Positions 38,677-49,943 are shown, numbered from the stretch's first letter. The stretch is DNA of 64,000 bases from Syntrophales bacterium (GCA_963662405.2 CAXXKT010000001.1:1984001-2048000); one strand, 5' to 3'. The notes: a model not told the origin generated them from the sequence alone. Made by a program: numbers and translations.

Positions 38677-39198
38677 ATGGGAAACACAAAAGAAGAAACA
38701 TCATGGATCGAAAAAGCGGGAGAGGATCTCTTCAACTTTGCTGTTGATCGCGAGGACTTAAAGTCGGTTATGCTGCTTCTCCCGGAGGAGGCGGACATCA
38801 AACGGGAGACGGTCGCATATGAACTCCAGGTATTGAAGTTTATCAGTACCGGATGGAGTATCCCCTATTTCCTTGAAAACTCTCCAGACAAGGACCGGCT
38901 TGCCCGGTTGTATTGGGAAACGGTGTATCAGTCTTGTCTCGGCATATCCGAGGCAACGAATATGATGATCGGTCAAAAAATAGATTATTTCGATATATTA
39001 AAGAAACGCCTTGCAATGTATGTTGAGGCCATGAAGGGGCGACCGGATGCCCCCGAACCCGCCAGTGTCGTGGGACCGGAATTCGCACGGACCTGCGGGA
39101 ATGGGGACGACGTATTCACGGTCATGGCGGGTGCACGGATGTTCAAATCGACCGTTGCCAGCGTCAAGAAATATTTAGAGACGGTGGGGATGCTGTAG
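38677..39198 (+). CDS. Hypothetical protein
   Basis: 173-aa ORF with GAGG RBS and helical globular composition. Confidence 0.7.
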   Translation: MGNTKEETSWIEKAGEDLFNFAVDREDLKSVMLLLPEEADIKRETVAYELQVLKFISTGWSIPYFLENSPDKDRLARLYWETVYQSCLGISEATNMMIGQKIDYFDILKKRLAMYVEAMKGRPDAPEPASVVGPEFARTCGNGDDVFTVMAGARMFKSTVASVKKYLETVGML

Positions 39199-39200
39199 CT

Positions 39201-39302
39201 TTCAGTGTGGCCGTCTCCGTCTTGCTTGTGTATATCGCGTGCATGATCCCTGTGATGATGGTTCCCGAGATCCTTCCCTGCCTGTCCGGTCTGGCTCGAT
39301 AG
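39201..39302 (+). pseudogene. Diverged orphan copy of the last 34 codons of dctM
   Basis: Colinear with 35929-36030 without gaps, 66/102 nt identical by manual count; VPEILPCLSGLAR* vs VPEIITYLPGLVR*. Confidence 0.75.
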
Positions 39303-39408
39303 GGAAGGAGAGTCTTTTCCTTTCCCCGCTGGAAATCGAACGGGTTCTGCGCATCCTCGATCATGACCCGGTGGCGCCCCGGTTTCCGCTGAAACAATCC
39401 TCGAATTA

Positions 39409-40108
39409 ATGAAAGCGTATAAGACAAATAACTTTTATCAGGTTTACGGAATGACTGAAACAGGACCGAAGGGTATGACCTTGGCTCCGAGAGACCAACT
39501 CCGGAAAGCCGGTTCCATCGGCTGTATCGGCAGTTATGGGTGCAGCATGAGATTAATGAACAGTGATGAGGTGGAAGCTCTTCCCGGTGAAGTAGGTGAG
39601 ATTTATCTCAAGACCGATAGTGTGATAACAGGTTATTATAATGATCCTCAGGCAACGGCAGCCGCGTTTCACAATAGGTGGTACAAGTCCGGTGACGTGG
39701 CCCGCATGGATGAGGACTGGTTATCTATTCATTGCGGATCGGACGAAGGACATAATTATCACCGGTGGTGAGAATATGTATTCCAAGGAAGTTGAGGACG
39801 TGATCCGGGAACATCCTGAAATCGCCGATTGCGGTGTCATTGGGGTTTCCCATCCTGACTGGGGTGAAACGGTGGTTGCGGTTATTGTGACGGTTCCCCG
39901 GGCACACCTGACCGCTGATATCATTTCCGCGTATCTGAAAGACAAATTGGCAAGGTATAAGATTCCGAGACGATATGAGTTTGTAGACGAATTACCCTAT
40001 ACCCCTTCCGGTAAGATTATGAAATTCAAGCTTCGTGAAACCTTTTCCAGGTCAGCTCGAATGTTTGGTGAGTGTATGGGTCAAGATGTCGGCGCCGCGA
40101 ATCTTTGA
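39409..40108 (+). pseudogene. Truncated, frameshifted acyl-CoA synthetase (AMP-binding) C-terminal fragment
   Basis: YGMTET, GEIYLK, WYKSGD in one frame; DRTKDIIITGGEN, LARYKIP, SGKI in another; N-terminal half absent. Confidence 0.85.
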
Positions 40109-40275
40109 TCCTCTGTACGGGAGCATCTCTTTTTGAGCGAGATAGACGATATTCCTCCGAGTGATCTGATCCCCCGGTTTTGCCGGGGGATCGCTCAATC
40201 TTGGTTTTCCGCTTATATCAGGCTTAATCGGTTTCAGGGCTGGTGGTCGTGCTGTGTCTTGCACCTGCGTGAGGG

Positions 40276-41448
40276 TTATTCCGTTTCCCCGGACCGTTTC
40301 CTGGAGCCGCCGTACAGATCGTATCCGAAGAGCCGGCATTCGATGTTGCTGTTGTGAAAAGGGGTCCGGGTTTTCGCCCGCAGCCCCACCTGCTTGGCGA
40401 GTTCCCTGTTCCCCGTGAAGATGTAGCCGCGGTACCCGGTACACCGCTGTTTGAAATAATCGCCCATCCGCCGGTAGGTACCCTCCAGCTGTCTGATCTC
40501 TCCCATCCGCTCGCCGTATTCCGGGTTCAGGACGACCACCCCCGGTCCATCCGGGACCGGAGTGTCGGCAAAGTCGCAGACCTCGAACTCGATGAGGTGG
40601 GCCACCCCGGCGGCCGTCGCGTTTTTCCGGGCCGCCTCGACTGCCTTCGGATCTTGATCCGTCGCGATGATCCGACCGGGTGTTGCCTTCCTTCTCTTTT
40701 CCGCCTGCCCCTTCATCTTTCTCCAGAGGGTCCGGTCGAATCCCGTGAGGTGCATGAAGCCGTAGTTGCCGCGCAGGGAACCCGGATCTCTCCCGGCGGC
40801 GATGAGGGCCGCCTCGATGGCGAGGGTTCCGCTCCCGCACATGGGATTGACGAAGTTCTCCGAGACTTGCCACTCTGAGGCGAGGACGACCGCCGCCGCG
40901 AGTGTCTCCTGCATCGGGGCCGAGAGGGGGATCTTCCGGTATCCCCGGCGGGAGAGCGATTCTCCCGAGGTGTCCAGATAAACGCTGCACCGGGTGCCCT
41001 TCCAGTAGATGAACACGACCGACTGGTCTCTCTTCGGGCCGGAATCGGGTCGATAGTCGAGCTTTGCGTAAAACCGGTCGACAATGGCATCCTTCCCCCT
41101 GAGGTTGGCAAATCGGGTATCCTTCACCGATGGGGTCTCGACGGCGGAGGTGACACAGAGGTATCCTCTGGGAGAGAAATAGTCTTCCCACGGGATCTTC
41201 CGCATCTGCGCGTAGAGATCGTCGGTGGTTTTCGCCTGGAAGGTCCGGAGAAGGTAGAGGGCTCGCTGCCCGGTCCGCACCGAGAGGTTAATCCTCATGG
41301 CGTCCTCGAGGGTGCCTTTCGTCTCGACCCCCGCGATACGTTCCGATCGGACGGGAAGGCCCAGGGCGGCGATCTCCCCCTTCAGGAAGGGAGCGATCCC
41401 CTTCGAGCAGGTGACGAGGATGATGCTGCTGTTCGTAAAAACGGCCAT
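40276..41448 (-). CDS. THUMP-domain class I SAM RNA methyltransferase (RlmL-like)
   Basis: DTSGESLSRRGYR, APMQETLAAA, PMCGSGTLAIEAA and NPEYGER motifs. Confidence 0.9.
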   Translation of the reverse strand: MAVFTNSSIILVTCSKGIAPFLKGEIAALGLPVRSERIAGVETKGTLEDAMRINLSVRTGQRALYLLRTFQAKTTDDLYAQMRKIPWEDYFSPRGYLCVTSAVETPSVKDTRFANLRGKDAIVDRFYAKLDYRPDSGPKRDQSVVFIYWKGTRCSVYLDTSGESLSRRGYRKIPLSAPMQETLAAAVVLASEWQVSENFVNPMCGSGTLAIEAALIAAGRDPGSLRGNYGFMHLTGFDRTLWRKMKGQAEKRRKATPGRIIATDQDPKAVEAARKNATAAGVAHLIEFEVCDFADTPVPDGPGVVVLNPEYGERMGEIRQLEGTYRRMGDYFKQRCTGYRGYIFTGNRELAKQVGLRAKTRTPFHNSNIECRLFGYDLYGGSRKRSGETE

Positions 41449-41489
41449 GCGGTTACTTTCGGCGACCTCGCGGATAACGGGTCTCTCAA

Positions 41490-42191
41490 CTATTCACCGT
41501 CGGCAAATTTATACCCGAATCCGCGTACGGTGAGGATATACTGAGGGCGCGATGTACTTTCCTCGATCTGTGCCCTGAGACGCTTGATGTGGACATCGAC
41601 GGTCCTCGGTTCCACGAAGGCCTCGTCCCCCCATACCCGGTCCAGGAGCTGGCCCCTTGTATAGACCCTTCCCGGGTTCAGGGCAAGGACTTTCAAGACT
41701 TTAAACTCCGTGGGGCTCAGATCGATCTGCTGGCCGTGGGCCATCACTCGATGGGATGCAAAATTGATATGAAGATCTTTGTAGCCGAAGGTGTTGTCCT
41801 CCCCGGTCTCATTCCCCCTTGTCATCCTGCGCAGGAGGGAACGAACGCGGGCCACCAGTTCCTTCACGCTGAATGGTTTGGCCATGTAGTCGTCCGCCCC
41901 GACCTCGAGCCCCAGGACCGTGTCCGTCTCCGTCCCCTTTGCCGTCAGCATGATGATGGGGAGGGCGGCATGTGCCGGATCACGGCGGATCCGCTTGCAG
42001 ACTTCGATCCCCTGGATACCGGGGAGCATGAGATCGAGAAGCAGCAGGTGCGGCTCTTCCGCCTCGATCTGCCTGAGGGCCGTCTCTCCATCGTAGGCCT
42101 TCACGACGGCGAACCCTTCCTTTATAAGGTTGTACGCGATCAGTTCGACGATGTCTCGTTCGTCATCCACCACCAGGATCTTTTCAGCCAT
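41490..42191 (-). CDS. phoB: Phosphate regulon response regulator (OmpR/PhoB family)
   Basis: ILVVDDE, LDLMLP, GADDY.KPF, RTVDVHIKRLR; follows the pst-phoU genes. Confidence 0.88.
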   Translation of the reverse strand: MAEKILVVDDERDIVELIAYNLIKEGFAVVKAYDGETALRQIEAEEPHLLLLDLMLPGIQGIEVCKRIRRDPAHAALPIIMLTAKGTETDTVLGLEVGADDYMAKPFSVKELVARVRSLLRRMTRGNETGEDNTFGYKDLHINFASHRVMAHGQQIDLSPTEFKVLKVLALNPGRVYTRGQLLDRVWGDEAFVEPRTVDVHIKRLRAQIEESTSRPQYILTVRGFGYKFADGE

Positions 42192-42204
42192 ATCCCTCCA
42201 CTTG

Positions 42205-43971
42205 TTATGCGGTGATATCTTCATAATACACCGGGAAGACGAGAGAGACCGTGGTTCCTCTCCCCAGTTGGCTCTCGATTTTCATCCTCCCGTCGTGGGC
42301 CGCCACCAGGTGCTTGACGATAGACAGTCCCAGGCCGGTGCCCCCCAGTTCCCGGGAGCGGGTCTTGTCCACCCGGTAGAAGCGTTCCCCCAGGCGGGGG
42401 ATCTCATCGGGCGGGATCCCGATCCCGGTATCGGTAATCGTGACGGAGACCGTGCCGTCTTTCCCGTCGGCACCCCGTATCGATATCGTGCCCTCATCGG
42501 GGGTGAACTTGACGGCGTTATCGAGAATATTCAGGACGATCTGGTGCAGGCGGTCCCGGTCGCCCCGGATCGACGGGAGGTCCTGGGGCATCCTGGTCTC
42601 GATGTGGAGCTCTTTTTTCGATGCCCCCGGTTCGATCACGGGGAGGACGTTCTCGATGATCCCGCCCAGGGAAACGGGTTCAAAGACGAATTGCATTTCT
42701 CCCATCTCGACGTTGGAGATAACCAGGAGATCATCCACCAGCCGGTCGAGGCGCTCGGCATTCTTCTGGATGGTTTCAAGGAATCCCTTCGCCGTTTCCT
42801 TCTCCTCAATGGCCCCCTCCCGGAGGGTCTCGATAAAACCGAGGATGGCTGTCAGGGGGGTCTTGATCTCGTGGGTGACGTTCGCAATGAAGTCGGCGCG
42901 GACCCGTTCCAACTGTTTGAGGCGGGTGACGTCGCGCAGGACGATCATCGTTTTGTCCTCTCCTTCCGGGAGCCCCTGAACCGGCGAGATGGTGGCATGC
43001 AGCACCGTGGGTTTTTGTTTTCCCAGGACGAGCTCTTGGAAAAGGGGAGTACCGGTCTTTTTGAATTGGTCGAGTGCCTGTTGCAGGGGGATGTTCCTGA
43101 ATGTTTCAATGGGTATCTTCCCCACCATCTCTTCGAAGCTGAGGCCGAAGATCCTCTCGGCGGTGTCGTTTGTCGTCTCTATGCTGCCCTGGGTGTCGAG
43201 GACCAGGATACCATCTTCCATGCTGGAGAAGACCGCCTCCAGTTTCCCCCGTTCTTCATCGGCGAACCGGATCTTTTCCTTCAGCTCCGTAACCAGATAG
43301 TTGATGTTCCGGGCCAGACGTCCCGTCTCGTCGCCCGTGGCGATCATCAGGCTCCCCGTCTCTTCTCCGTCGCGCAGGCGTTTTGTGAACCGTTCCATCT
43401 CCTGGATGGGGGAGATCAGTCTTGATGTCATAACGAAGGCGATGAAGAATGACAGGGCGCCGACAATGAGGAACGATTGCAGGACCAGCATATTGATGTC
43501 TCGGATGGACTGCCTGACCTCCACGAGCGGGCGCGCGAGCCTGACGTATCCCCGTATCTCGGGACTCTCTCCCATGGGAAAAGCGAGATACAGGGTGTCC
43601 ACGCCGAGAGTCGTGCTGAACCGCACCGATTTCCCCCTTCCCTTCACACGGGCCTCCTGGATCTCCGGACGGTTCAGGTGGTTGTCCATCGCCGAGGCCT
43701 GTTCGCTCGAATCCGTGAGGACCACTCCTCCGGGATCGATCAGGGTGATCCGTGCGTTGGAAAGGGCGGACAGTTTCTGTATGGTGCGATCGATTTCGGC
43801 ATTCGAAAAGCCGAGGGAGATCATCCGGGCATGGGCGTTCAGTTCTCCCTCTATCCGTTCCATGATCGTTCCCTTGATCTGTCCGGTTGCGTACACCCAC
43901 ACCGCAACCATCACGACCAGAGTGATGACGAGATAGGTGCCGAGAATCTTGTAAAATAGGTTATTTTTCAT
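42205..43971 (-). CDS. phoR: Phosphate regulon sensor histidine kinase
   Basis: 2 TM, HAMP, PAS, HEIKTPLT, ERFYRVDK.RSR..GGTGLGL. Confidence 0.9.
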   Translation of the reverse strand: MKNNLFYKILGTYLVITLVVMVAVWVYATGQIKGTIMERIEGELNAHARMISLGFSNAEIDRTIQKLSALSNARITLIDPGGVVLTDSSEQASAMDNHLNRPEIQEARVKGRGKSVRFSTTLGVDTLYLAFPMGESPEIRGYVRLARPLVEVRQSIRDINMLVLQSFLIVGALSFFIAFVMTSRLISPIQEMERFTKRLRDGEETGSLMIATGDETGRLARNINYLVTELKEKIRFADEERGKLEAVFSSMEDGILVLDTQGSIETTNDTAERIFGLSFEEMVGKIPIETFRNIPLQQALDQFKKTGTPLFQELVLGKQKPTVLHATISPVQGLPEGEDKTMIVLRDVTRLKQLERVRADFIANVTHEIKTPLTAILGFIETLREGAIEEKETAKGFLETIQKNAERLDRLVDDLLVISNVEMGEMQFVFEPVSLGGIIENVLPVIEPGASKKELHIETRMPQDLPSIRGDRDRLHQIVLNILDNAVKFTPDEGTISIRGADGKDGTVSVTITDTGIGIPPDEIPRLGERFYRVDKTRSRELGGTGLGLSIVKHLVAAHDGRMKIESQLGRGTTVSLVFPVYYEDITA

Positions 43972-43986
43972 GGATTCACCCGCCGA

Positions 43987-44673
43987 TCAGAGCTCTTTCC
44001 CGGGGCCGCGGTGCCGCACGCTTTCCCCCGTTACCATGTAGATCACCATCTTGGCGATACTCTCCGCGTGGTCTGATATTCTCTCCAGATTTTTCGATAT
44101 CTGCGTTATCAGGAGGGCCCGGTGGATGGTCTTGGGGTCCTCCAGCATGAAGGTGAGGAGCTCCCTGAATATCTGCTCGTTGAGGTTGTCCACAACCTCG
44201 TCTTTCTCCCTCACTGCGCGGGCCATATCGCAATCCTCATAGACCAGGGCGTCGAGGCTCTCTCTGACCATCTCCCGGGTGATGTCGGCCATCCGGGGGA
44301 GGTCGATATAGGGCTTGACGGGGGGGACTTCGTTGAGGTCCGCCGCCCGTTTGGCGATGTTAACCGCGAGATCTCCGATCCGTTCCAGGTGTCCGTTGAC
44401 CTTGATCGTGGTGGTGATGAAACGCAGGTCCTTCGCCGCGGGTTGCCTGAGCGCGAGGAGGCGTATGCAGGCACCTTCGATCTTCTCGTCGAGCGTGTTG
44501 ATCTGGTCATCCCCGGCGATAACGGATCGCGCCAGGGCGGAATCCCGCTCCAGGAGAGAGCGGACGGCGAGATGTATGGCCTGCTCGACGAGTGCCCCTT
44601 CGTAGAGGAGGTTTTTTTTGATCTCCTGCAGTTCCTTCTCGTAGTGCATGCTGGTATGCGTCTTCTCTTCCAT
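43987..44673 (-). CDS. phoU: Phosphate transport regulator PhoU
   Basis: QPAAKDLR, LERIGD, LERISDHA motifs. Confidence 0.93.
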   Translation of the reverse strand: MEEKTHTSMHYEKELQEIKKNLLYEGALVEQAIHLAVRSLLERDSALARSVIAGDDQINTLDEKIEGACIRLLALRQPAAKDLRFITTTIKVNGHLERIGDLAVNIAKRAADLNEVPPVKPYIDLPRMADITREMVRESLDALVYEDCDMARAVREKDEVVDNLNEQIFRELLTFMLEDPKTIHRALLITQISKNLERISDHAESIAKMVIYMVTGESVRHRGPGKEL

Positions 44674-44695
44674 GTATTTACCCCCGTCTCGTTCC

Positions 44696-45457
<762 letters not shown>

Positions 45458-45458
45458 G

Positions 45459-46313
45459 CTACCACCCTTTATTCTTTCTCACATAACTCCGTATGACAAT
45501 CGCGATCAGGTCGATGCCGAGAACGAGTGCCACCAGGACGAGGACGGTCCCGTACTGGAGGGGCCTCGTCTCTTCGATATGGGTTCCCGCCGTCGCCAGG
45601 ACGTACACGTGGTAGGGAAGGGCCATTACCTCGTCGAAGATCGACGTGGGCAGTTTGGCTGTGAAGAATGCTGCCGCGGTGAACATAATCGGGGCTGTTT
45701 CTCCCGCCGCCCTCCCGATCCCCAAGATTGACCCCGTCAGGATACCCGGCAGGGCGTTGGGAAGGACGATGCGCAGTATCGTCTGCCACTTGGAGACGCC
45801 GAGCCCGAGAGAGGCCTCCCGAAAAGTCTGCGGCACCGCCTTCAGAGCCTCTTCCGCCGCCCCGATAATCGTAGGGAGGATCAGAAAGGCGAGCGTCAGT
45901 GAGCCCGAAAGGATGGAGGATCCGAACTTCAGAAAAACCACAAAAAGTCCCAGGCCGAAGAGGCCGAAGACGATCGATGGCACACCGGCCAGGCAGTTGA
46001 CGCCGACCCGTATGATTCTGATTACCGGTCCCCCCTTTGCGTATTCGCTGAGATAGATAGCCGAGGCGACGCCGAGAGGGAGGGCAATGATGATGGCCCC
46101 CGCGGTGAGATAGAGGGTTCCCAGAATCGCCGGCATGATTCCTCCTTTTGTCATCGAATCCCGGGGAGGCTGGGTCAGGAACTCCCAGTTAATCGCTCCG
46201 ATCCCATTGACGAGAATATATACAAGAAACCCGCCGATCGCCACCGCGATGATCAGTGCCGAGAGGCGAACGGTCATGAAGAAAAGCTGTTGTTTCAGAT
46301 AACGCCACTTCAT
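45459..46313 (-). CDS. pstA: Phosphate ABC transporter permease
   Basis: [13 protein letters not shown] and RAAGETAP motifs. Confidence 0.93.
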   Translation of the reverse strand: MKWRYLKQQLFFMTVRLSALIIAVAIGGFLVYILVNGIGAINWEFLTQPPRDSMTKGGIMPAILGTLYLTAGAIIIALPLGVASAIYLSEYAKGGPVIRIIRVGVNCLAGVPSIVFGLFGLGLFVVFLKFGSSILSGSLTLAFLILPTIIGAAEEALKAVPQTFREASLGLGVSKWQTILRIVLPNALPGILTGSILGIGRAAGETAPIMFTAAAFFTAKLPTSIFDEVMALPYHVYVLATAGTHIEETRPLQYGTVLVLVALVLGIDLIAIVIRSYVRKNKGW

Positions 46314-47197
46314 AATGTCGCGGAGCCGACCTCCTTGAATCGGTGTGATACGTAATCGGCGATCAGGTTGAATCCCAGGGTGAGGAAAAAGAGAACGACC
46401 CCCGTCGCGAAGAGCGCGTGGTAATGATCGCTTCTGAAGGGGGCCTCCCCCATCTCCGCCGCGATGCTGGCCGGCATCGGCCTGACCGAGTCAAAGATGC
46501 TTTCGGGAATGGCCGCCGCTCCCCCGGCGACCATGAGGACGACCATCGTTTCACCGATGGCACGGGCCATCCCCAGGATCACCGCCGTCGAAATTCCCGA
46601 CAGGGCGGCGGGGACGATCACCCGCGCGATGGTTTCGAACCGCGTCGCCCCCAGCGCGTACGATGCCTCCTTGAACTCCTGCGGGACCGAGTAGAGGGCG
46701 TCCTCCGATATGCTCGATATAGTGGGGACGGCCATGAGGGCCAGGACGAGAGAGGCATTGACGATATTCAGTCCGGTGGGGAGATCGAAGGTTTCCTGCA
46801 TCCAGGGGGCCAGGACCGCCATCCCGAAGAACCCGAGAACGACGGAGGGAAGACCGGCGAGGAGCTCGACAACCGGTTTGAAGATTTCCTTGATCAGGGG
46901 AGGAGCAATTTCAGCGATATAGATCGCCGATAGGACGCCGATCGGGACGGCCAGGAGTGAGGATAGTATTGTAACGATGAAGGAACCGACAATGAGCGGC
47001 CAGATCCCGAATTCGGGGGGATCGTATGTTGGATACCACTCCATCCCAAAGAGGAATTCTCTGACGGAGACCACGGTGAATATCGGGACCCCTTCGACGA
47101 AGAGAAAGAGGATGATAAGCCCGAGGATCACCACCGATACGAGGGCGATGAGAAGAAAGGTGTTTTTTATGATGATCTCTTTTGCTTTTCTTGACAT
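46310..47197 (-). CDS. pstC: Phosphate ABC transporter permease
   Basis: ELLAGLPSVVLG and RAIGETMVV motifs. Confidence 0.93.
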   Translation of the reverse strand: MSRKAKEIIIKNTFLLIALVSVVILGLIILFLFVEGVPIFTVVSVREFLFGMEWYPTYDPPEFGIWPLIVGSFIVTILSSLLAVPIGVLSAIYIAEIAPPLIKEIFKPVVELLAGLPSVVLGFFGMAVLAPWMQETFDLPTGLNIVNASLVLALMAVPTISSISEDALYSVPQEFKEASYALGATRFETIARVIVPAALSGISTAVILGMARAIGETMVVLMVAGGAAAIPESIFDSVRPMPASIAAEMGEAPFRSDHYHALFATGVVLFFLTLGFNLIADYVSHRFKEVGSATL

Positions 47198-47281
47198 GCG
47201 ATATCCCCGGCAGAGTGACATTGGAGGGGGGATCTCCATATCGATCGGCCCCCTCTCGGTGAATCTTCGTGTACGGTCCTG

Positions 47282-48115
47282 TTAGAAGAGGGGAACAAAC
47301 CCTTCCTTCTTGACAAGTTCCTGCCCGTCTTTGCTCACGACGAAGGTGATAAAGTCGGCAACGACTCCCGTCGGCCAGCCGTTGGTGAACATGAAGAGGG
47401 GACGGGCGACGGGATATGCACCCGAGAGTGCGGTTGCCGAGGTTGCCTCGATATCGTTTACCTTGGTTGCCCGAACGCTCTTGTCCAGGTAACCGAGTCC
47501 GATGTACCCGACCGCGTACCGGTTCTTCGAAACAGTCTGGACGACCGCGCCGTTCGATGCCTGAAGCTGTGCCCGCGGTGTCACTTTCGCCTTGTGGAGG
47601 ATTTTTTCCTCCCACACCTCGTAGGTACCTGAACTGGTGTCACGCGATACCACGACGATCTTCAGGTCGTTTCCCCCCACTTCTTTCCAGTTGGTGATCT
47701 TTCCCTGGTAGATCAGGCTCAACTGTTCGATCGACAGATCGGTGACCGGGTTATTGGGGTGGACGATCGGGACGATCGCGTCGATGGCGACGCGGTGCGG
47801 AACTGGGTATCTCTCTTTTTCTTGTGCGAGTTTGACTTCTTTGTCCTTGATGAACCGTGATGCGTTGGCGATGTCGGTTGAGCCGTCGATCAGGGCCTTG
47901 ATCCCGTTTCCTGAACCACCCCCCGAGAGAGAGATGTTAACACCGGGATGAGCCTTCATGTATGCCTCGGATGCGACCTGGGCGACGGGGAGTACCGTTG
48001 TGGAACCCTTGATAACGATGGAATCACCGGCAAGGGCGGTTGATCCGCCGACAAAACCGAAAACCACAATAACCGTCAGCAAGATCTTTAACAGATTCTT
48101 TGTTACTTTGTTCAT
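47282..48115 (-). CDS. pstS: Phosphate ABC transporter substrate-binding protein
   Basis: GSTTV, GGGSGNG, DIANASR, RDTSSGT and YPVARPL motifs. Confidence 0.93.
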   Translation of the reverse strand: MNKVTKNLLKILLTVIVVFGFVGGSTALAGDSIVIKGSTTVLPVAQVASEAYMKAHPGVNISLSGGGSGNGIKALIDGSTDIANASRFIKDKEVKLAQEKERYPVPHRVAIDAIVPIVHPNNPVTDLSIEQLSLIYQGKITNWKEVGGNDLKIVVVSRDTSSGTYEVWEEKILHKAKVTPRAQLQASNGAVVQTVSKNRYAVGYIGLGYLDKSVRATKVNDIEATSATALSGAYPVARPLFMFTNGWPTGVVADFITFVVSKDGQELVKKEGFVPLF

Positions 48116-48165
48116 GGTTGTTTACCTCCATTTTTCAGTCTTGGGAAGTAAAATAACTCAAACCT

Positions 48166-48216
48166 GTTACGGCAATATGACGGTTATGTTACAGTTTAAT
48201 GACATAATTTATGACA
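48166..48216 (-). promoter_or_regulatory. Pho-box array (five half-sites) upstream of pstS
   Basis: Minus strand TGTCAT-aaatta-TGTCAT-taaac-TGTAAC-ataac-CGTCAT-attgc-CGTAAC, 11-12 bp period. Confidence 0.85.
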
Positions 48217-48477
48217 CGCTACTTGCGATGAGACGGGATCTGTGACACCGGCCTTGCACGTAACAGGCTCATGTTTCCATGATTTATTTTTGAATCGTAT
48301 TGTCCGTCATCTCTTTCTATTTTTCAAGCGGCAAGAGAGGTCTTTTGTGACAGGAATCTCTAATGCCGAATATATATAAGGGAGATGACAGGAATGTTAT
48401 GGATGTATGAAAGTTCGATTACATCTGGAGTGTGGATTTGACAGGATTGAAGGGAAAGGTTGGAATTATTGAATTTG

Positions 48478-49245
48478 CTATTTTAAATCTCTGTGAATCT
48501 CTTTCTCATCCATTATCTTCCCCACATTGTGTTCCTTAAAATGGGTGACCTCAACGGCATCTTCGCTCTGCAATAAAGTCTTTGCATTCTGAACCGCTTT
48601 GCCTAAATCCTCCTCGGGATTTGTTGATATGTTGCCGTGGCCGGGGTATATCTCGACTATCTTTCTCGTGCTCAGCGACAACATGGAATTGATATAGTCC
48701 CCCACGCTCCCTGATTCCGCTATGTATGAAAGGGTCCCACCGGCAAAGACGGTGTCGCCCGTAAAGAGGATTCTTTTCTTAGGTTCATAGAGACATATGG
48801 ATCCCGAGGTGTGGCCGGGGGTATGTATAACGTTGAGGCTGCAATTTCCCAGGTCGAAACGGCTCTTGCTCTCCAGCCAAAGGTGGACCTTCATAGGGAT
48901 CTCGTTCAGATCTGAGGATTGATAGAGGGTAACGTACTTATCGTCGAAAATCATCTTTGTTGCCGCAAAGCGGTGGGCGGCTATGAGCGCGTAGTCCTGA
49001 AAATAGCGATTGGCCCCGATGTGGTCGAAGTGTTCATGTGTATTGATGACGATATCAATATCACGGATCTTTAGCCCAATCCTTAAGAGAGATTTTTGTA
49101 GGTCGGGAAAGTTGGAATCGATACCGGAATCGATGAGGAGGTTTGCGTCGTCCCCCTTGATAATGTAACTGTGGCTGCTCGTTCCCTGTCCTTTGATCCT
49201 GAAGATATCAGGCTGCAGTTCCCGTATCCTGTCGTTTTTCTCCAT
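48478..49245 (-). CDS. MBL-fold metallo-hydrolase
   Basis: THEHFDHIG, HTPGHT, FTGD and PGHG motifs. Confidence 0.9.
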   Translation of the reverse strand: MEKNDRIRELQPDIFRIKGQGTSSHSYIIKGDDANLLIDSGIDSNFPDLQKSLLRIGLKIRDIDIVINTHEHFDHIGANRYFQDYALIAAHRFAATKMIFDDKYVTLYQSSDLNEIPMKVHLWLESKSRFDLGNCSLNVIHTPGHTSGSICLYEPKKRILFTGDTVFAGGTLSYIAESGSVGDYINSMLSLSTRKIVEIYPGHGNISTNPEEDLGKAVQNAKTLLQSEDAVEVTHFKEHNVGKIMDEKEIHRDLK

Positions 49246-49600
49246 CTCGTTTCCTCTTCCAGGGGCTGTTTTCGGCACTGTCCAGATCTTCATAGGTATC
49301 AATGATCCGGTCCAGCCTGTTTCTGTTCAGATAGCTCTTTATGCCGGGTTGTAATGAACAGATCTTCAAGGACCCGTTCAACAGATCCACCTCTTTTTTA
49401 AATGCGATAATCACGGCGAGTTGCGTAGCCATGTTACTGCTCTCATCCAGATTTTCTAAATCGAGGATCACTTTGGGTTGTCTTCCGTGGAATTCGGCAT
49501 TCACAATGCTTTTTATAAGAAAGGGGAGATTCTTTGTGATCGAACCGGAAAACTTGGCAATAGCGAAGTCTCCTTTTTCGATAATAAGACATTTCATCAT
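49208..49600 (-). CDS. STAS-domain (anti-sigma antagonist-like) protein
   Basis: KVILDLENL..SS, GSLKICSL, LDRIIDTYEDLDSA pattern. Confidence 0.7.
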   Translation of the reverse strand: MMKCLIIEKGDFAIAKFSGSITKNLPFLIKSIVNAEFHGRQPKVILDLENLDESSNMATQLAVIIAFKKEVDLLNGSLKICSLQPGIKSYLNRNRLDRIIDTYEDLDSAENSPWKRKRDGEKRQDTGTAA

Positions 49601-49724
49601 ATTGCACCTTCTCATCTGGATATTCATATAATGACCCGCATTGATTAGTCATTTCCATTTTTTGCTGTGCCGGTCTCAGGTACGAGGGTTTTTGTTTCTT
49701 CGATCGGGATGATAACAACGGATT

Positions 49725-49763
49725 ATTGCATCTTTGTGAAGGATTCATGAATGGTTGGTGACA
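49725..49763 (-). promoter_or_regulatory. Degenerate Pho-box-like array upstream of the STAS-MBL operon
   Basis: Minus strand TGTCAC-caacc-ATTCAT-gaatc-CTTCAC-aaaga-TGCAAT, exact 11-bp period. Confidence 0.5.
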
Positions 49764-49908
49764 TGTTTCTGGGTTGTATCTTTAGGATTGGAATTTGTTG
49801 TTTTAACCGCTTCACACTCGCCTGAGGCGTCACCATCATGGACCTGATCCCGGGTGATTTGGGAGAGTTCAGTCTGTTGGAGAGGTTGTCGGATAGGAGG
49901 AGAGGTCG

Positions 49909-49943
49909 ATTCCCCCCCCCGTCTTTGAGACAGGGGGGGGAAT
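49909..49943. terminator. Strong hairpin downstream of dapL
   Basis: ATT-C9-GTCT-TTG-AGAC-A-G8-AAT inverted repeat; no clear U-tract. Confidence 0.5.

Noticed and set aside
49733..49751. Rex operator (TTGTGAA...TTCATGA)
   Set aside because: Spacer is 3 bp rather than 4; the 11-bp direct-repeat Pho-box reading fits better.
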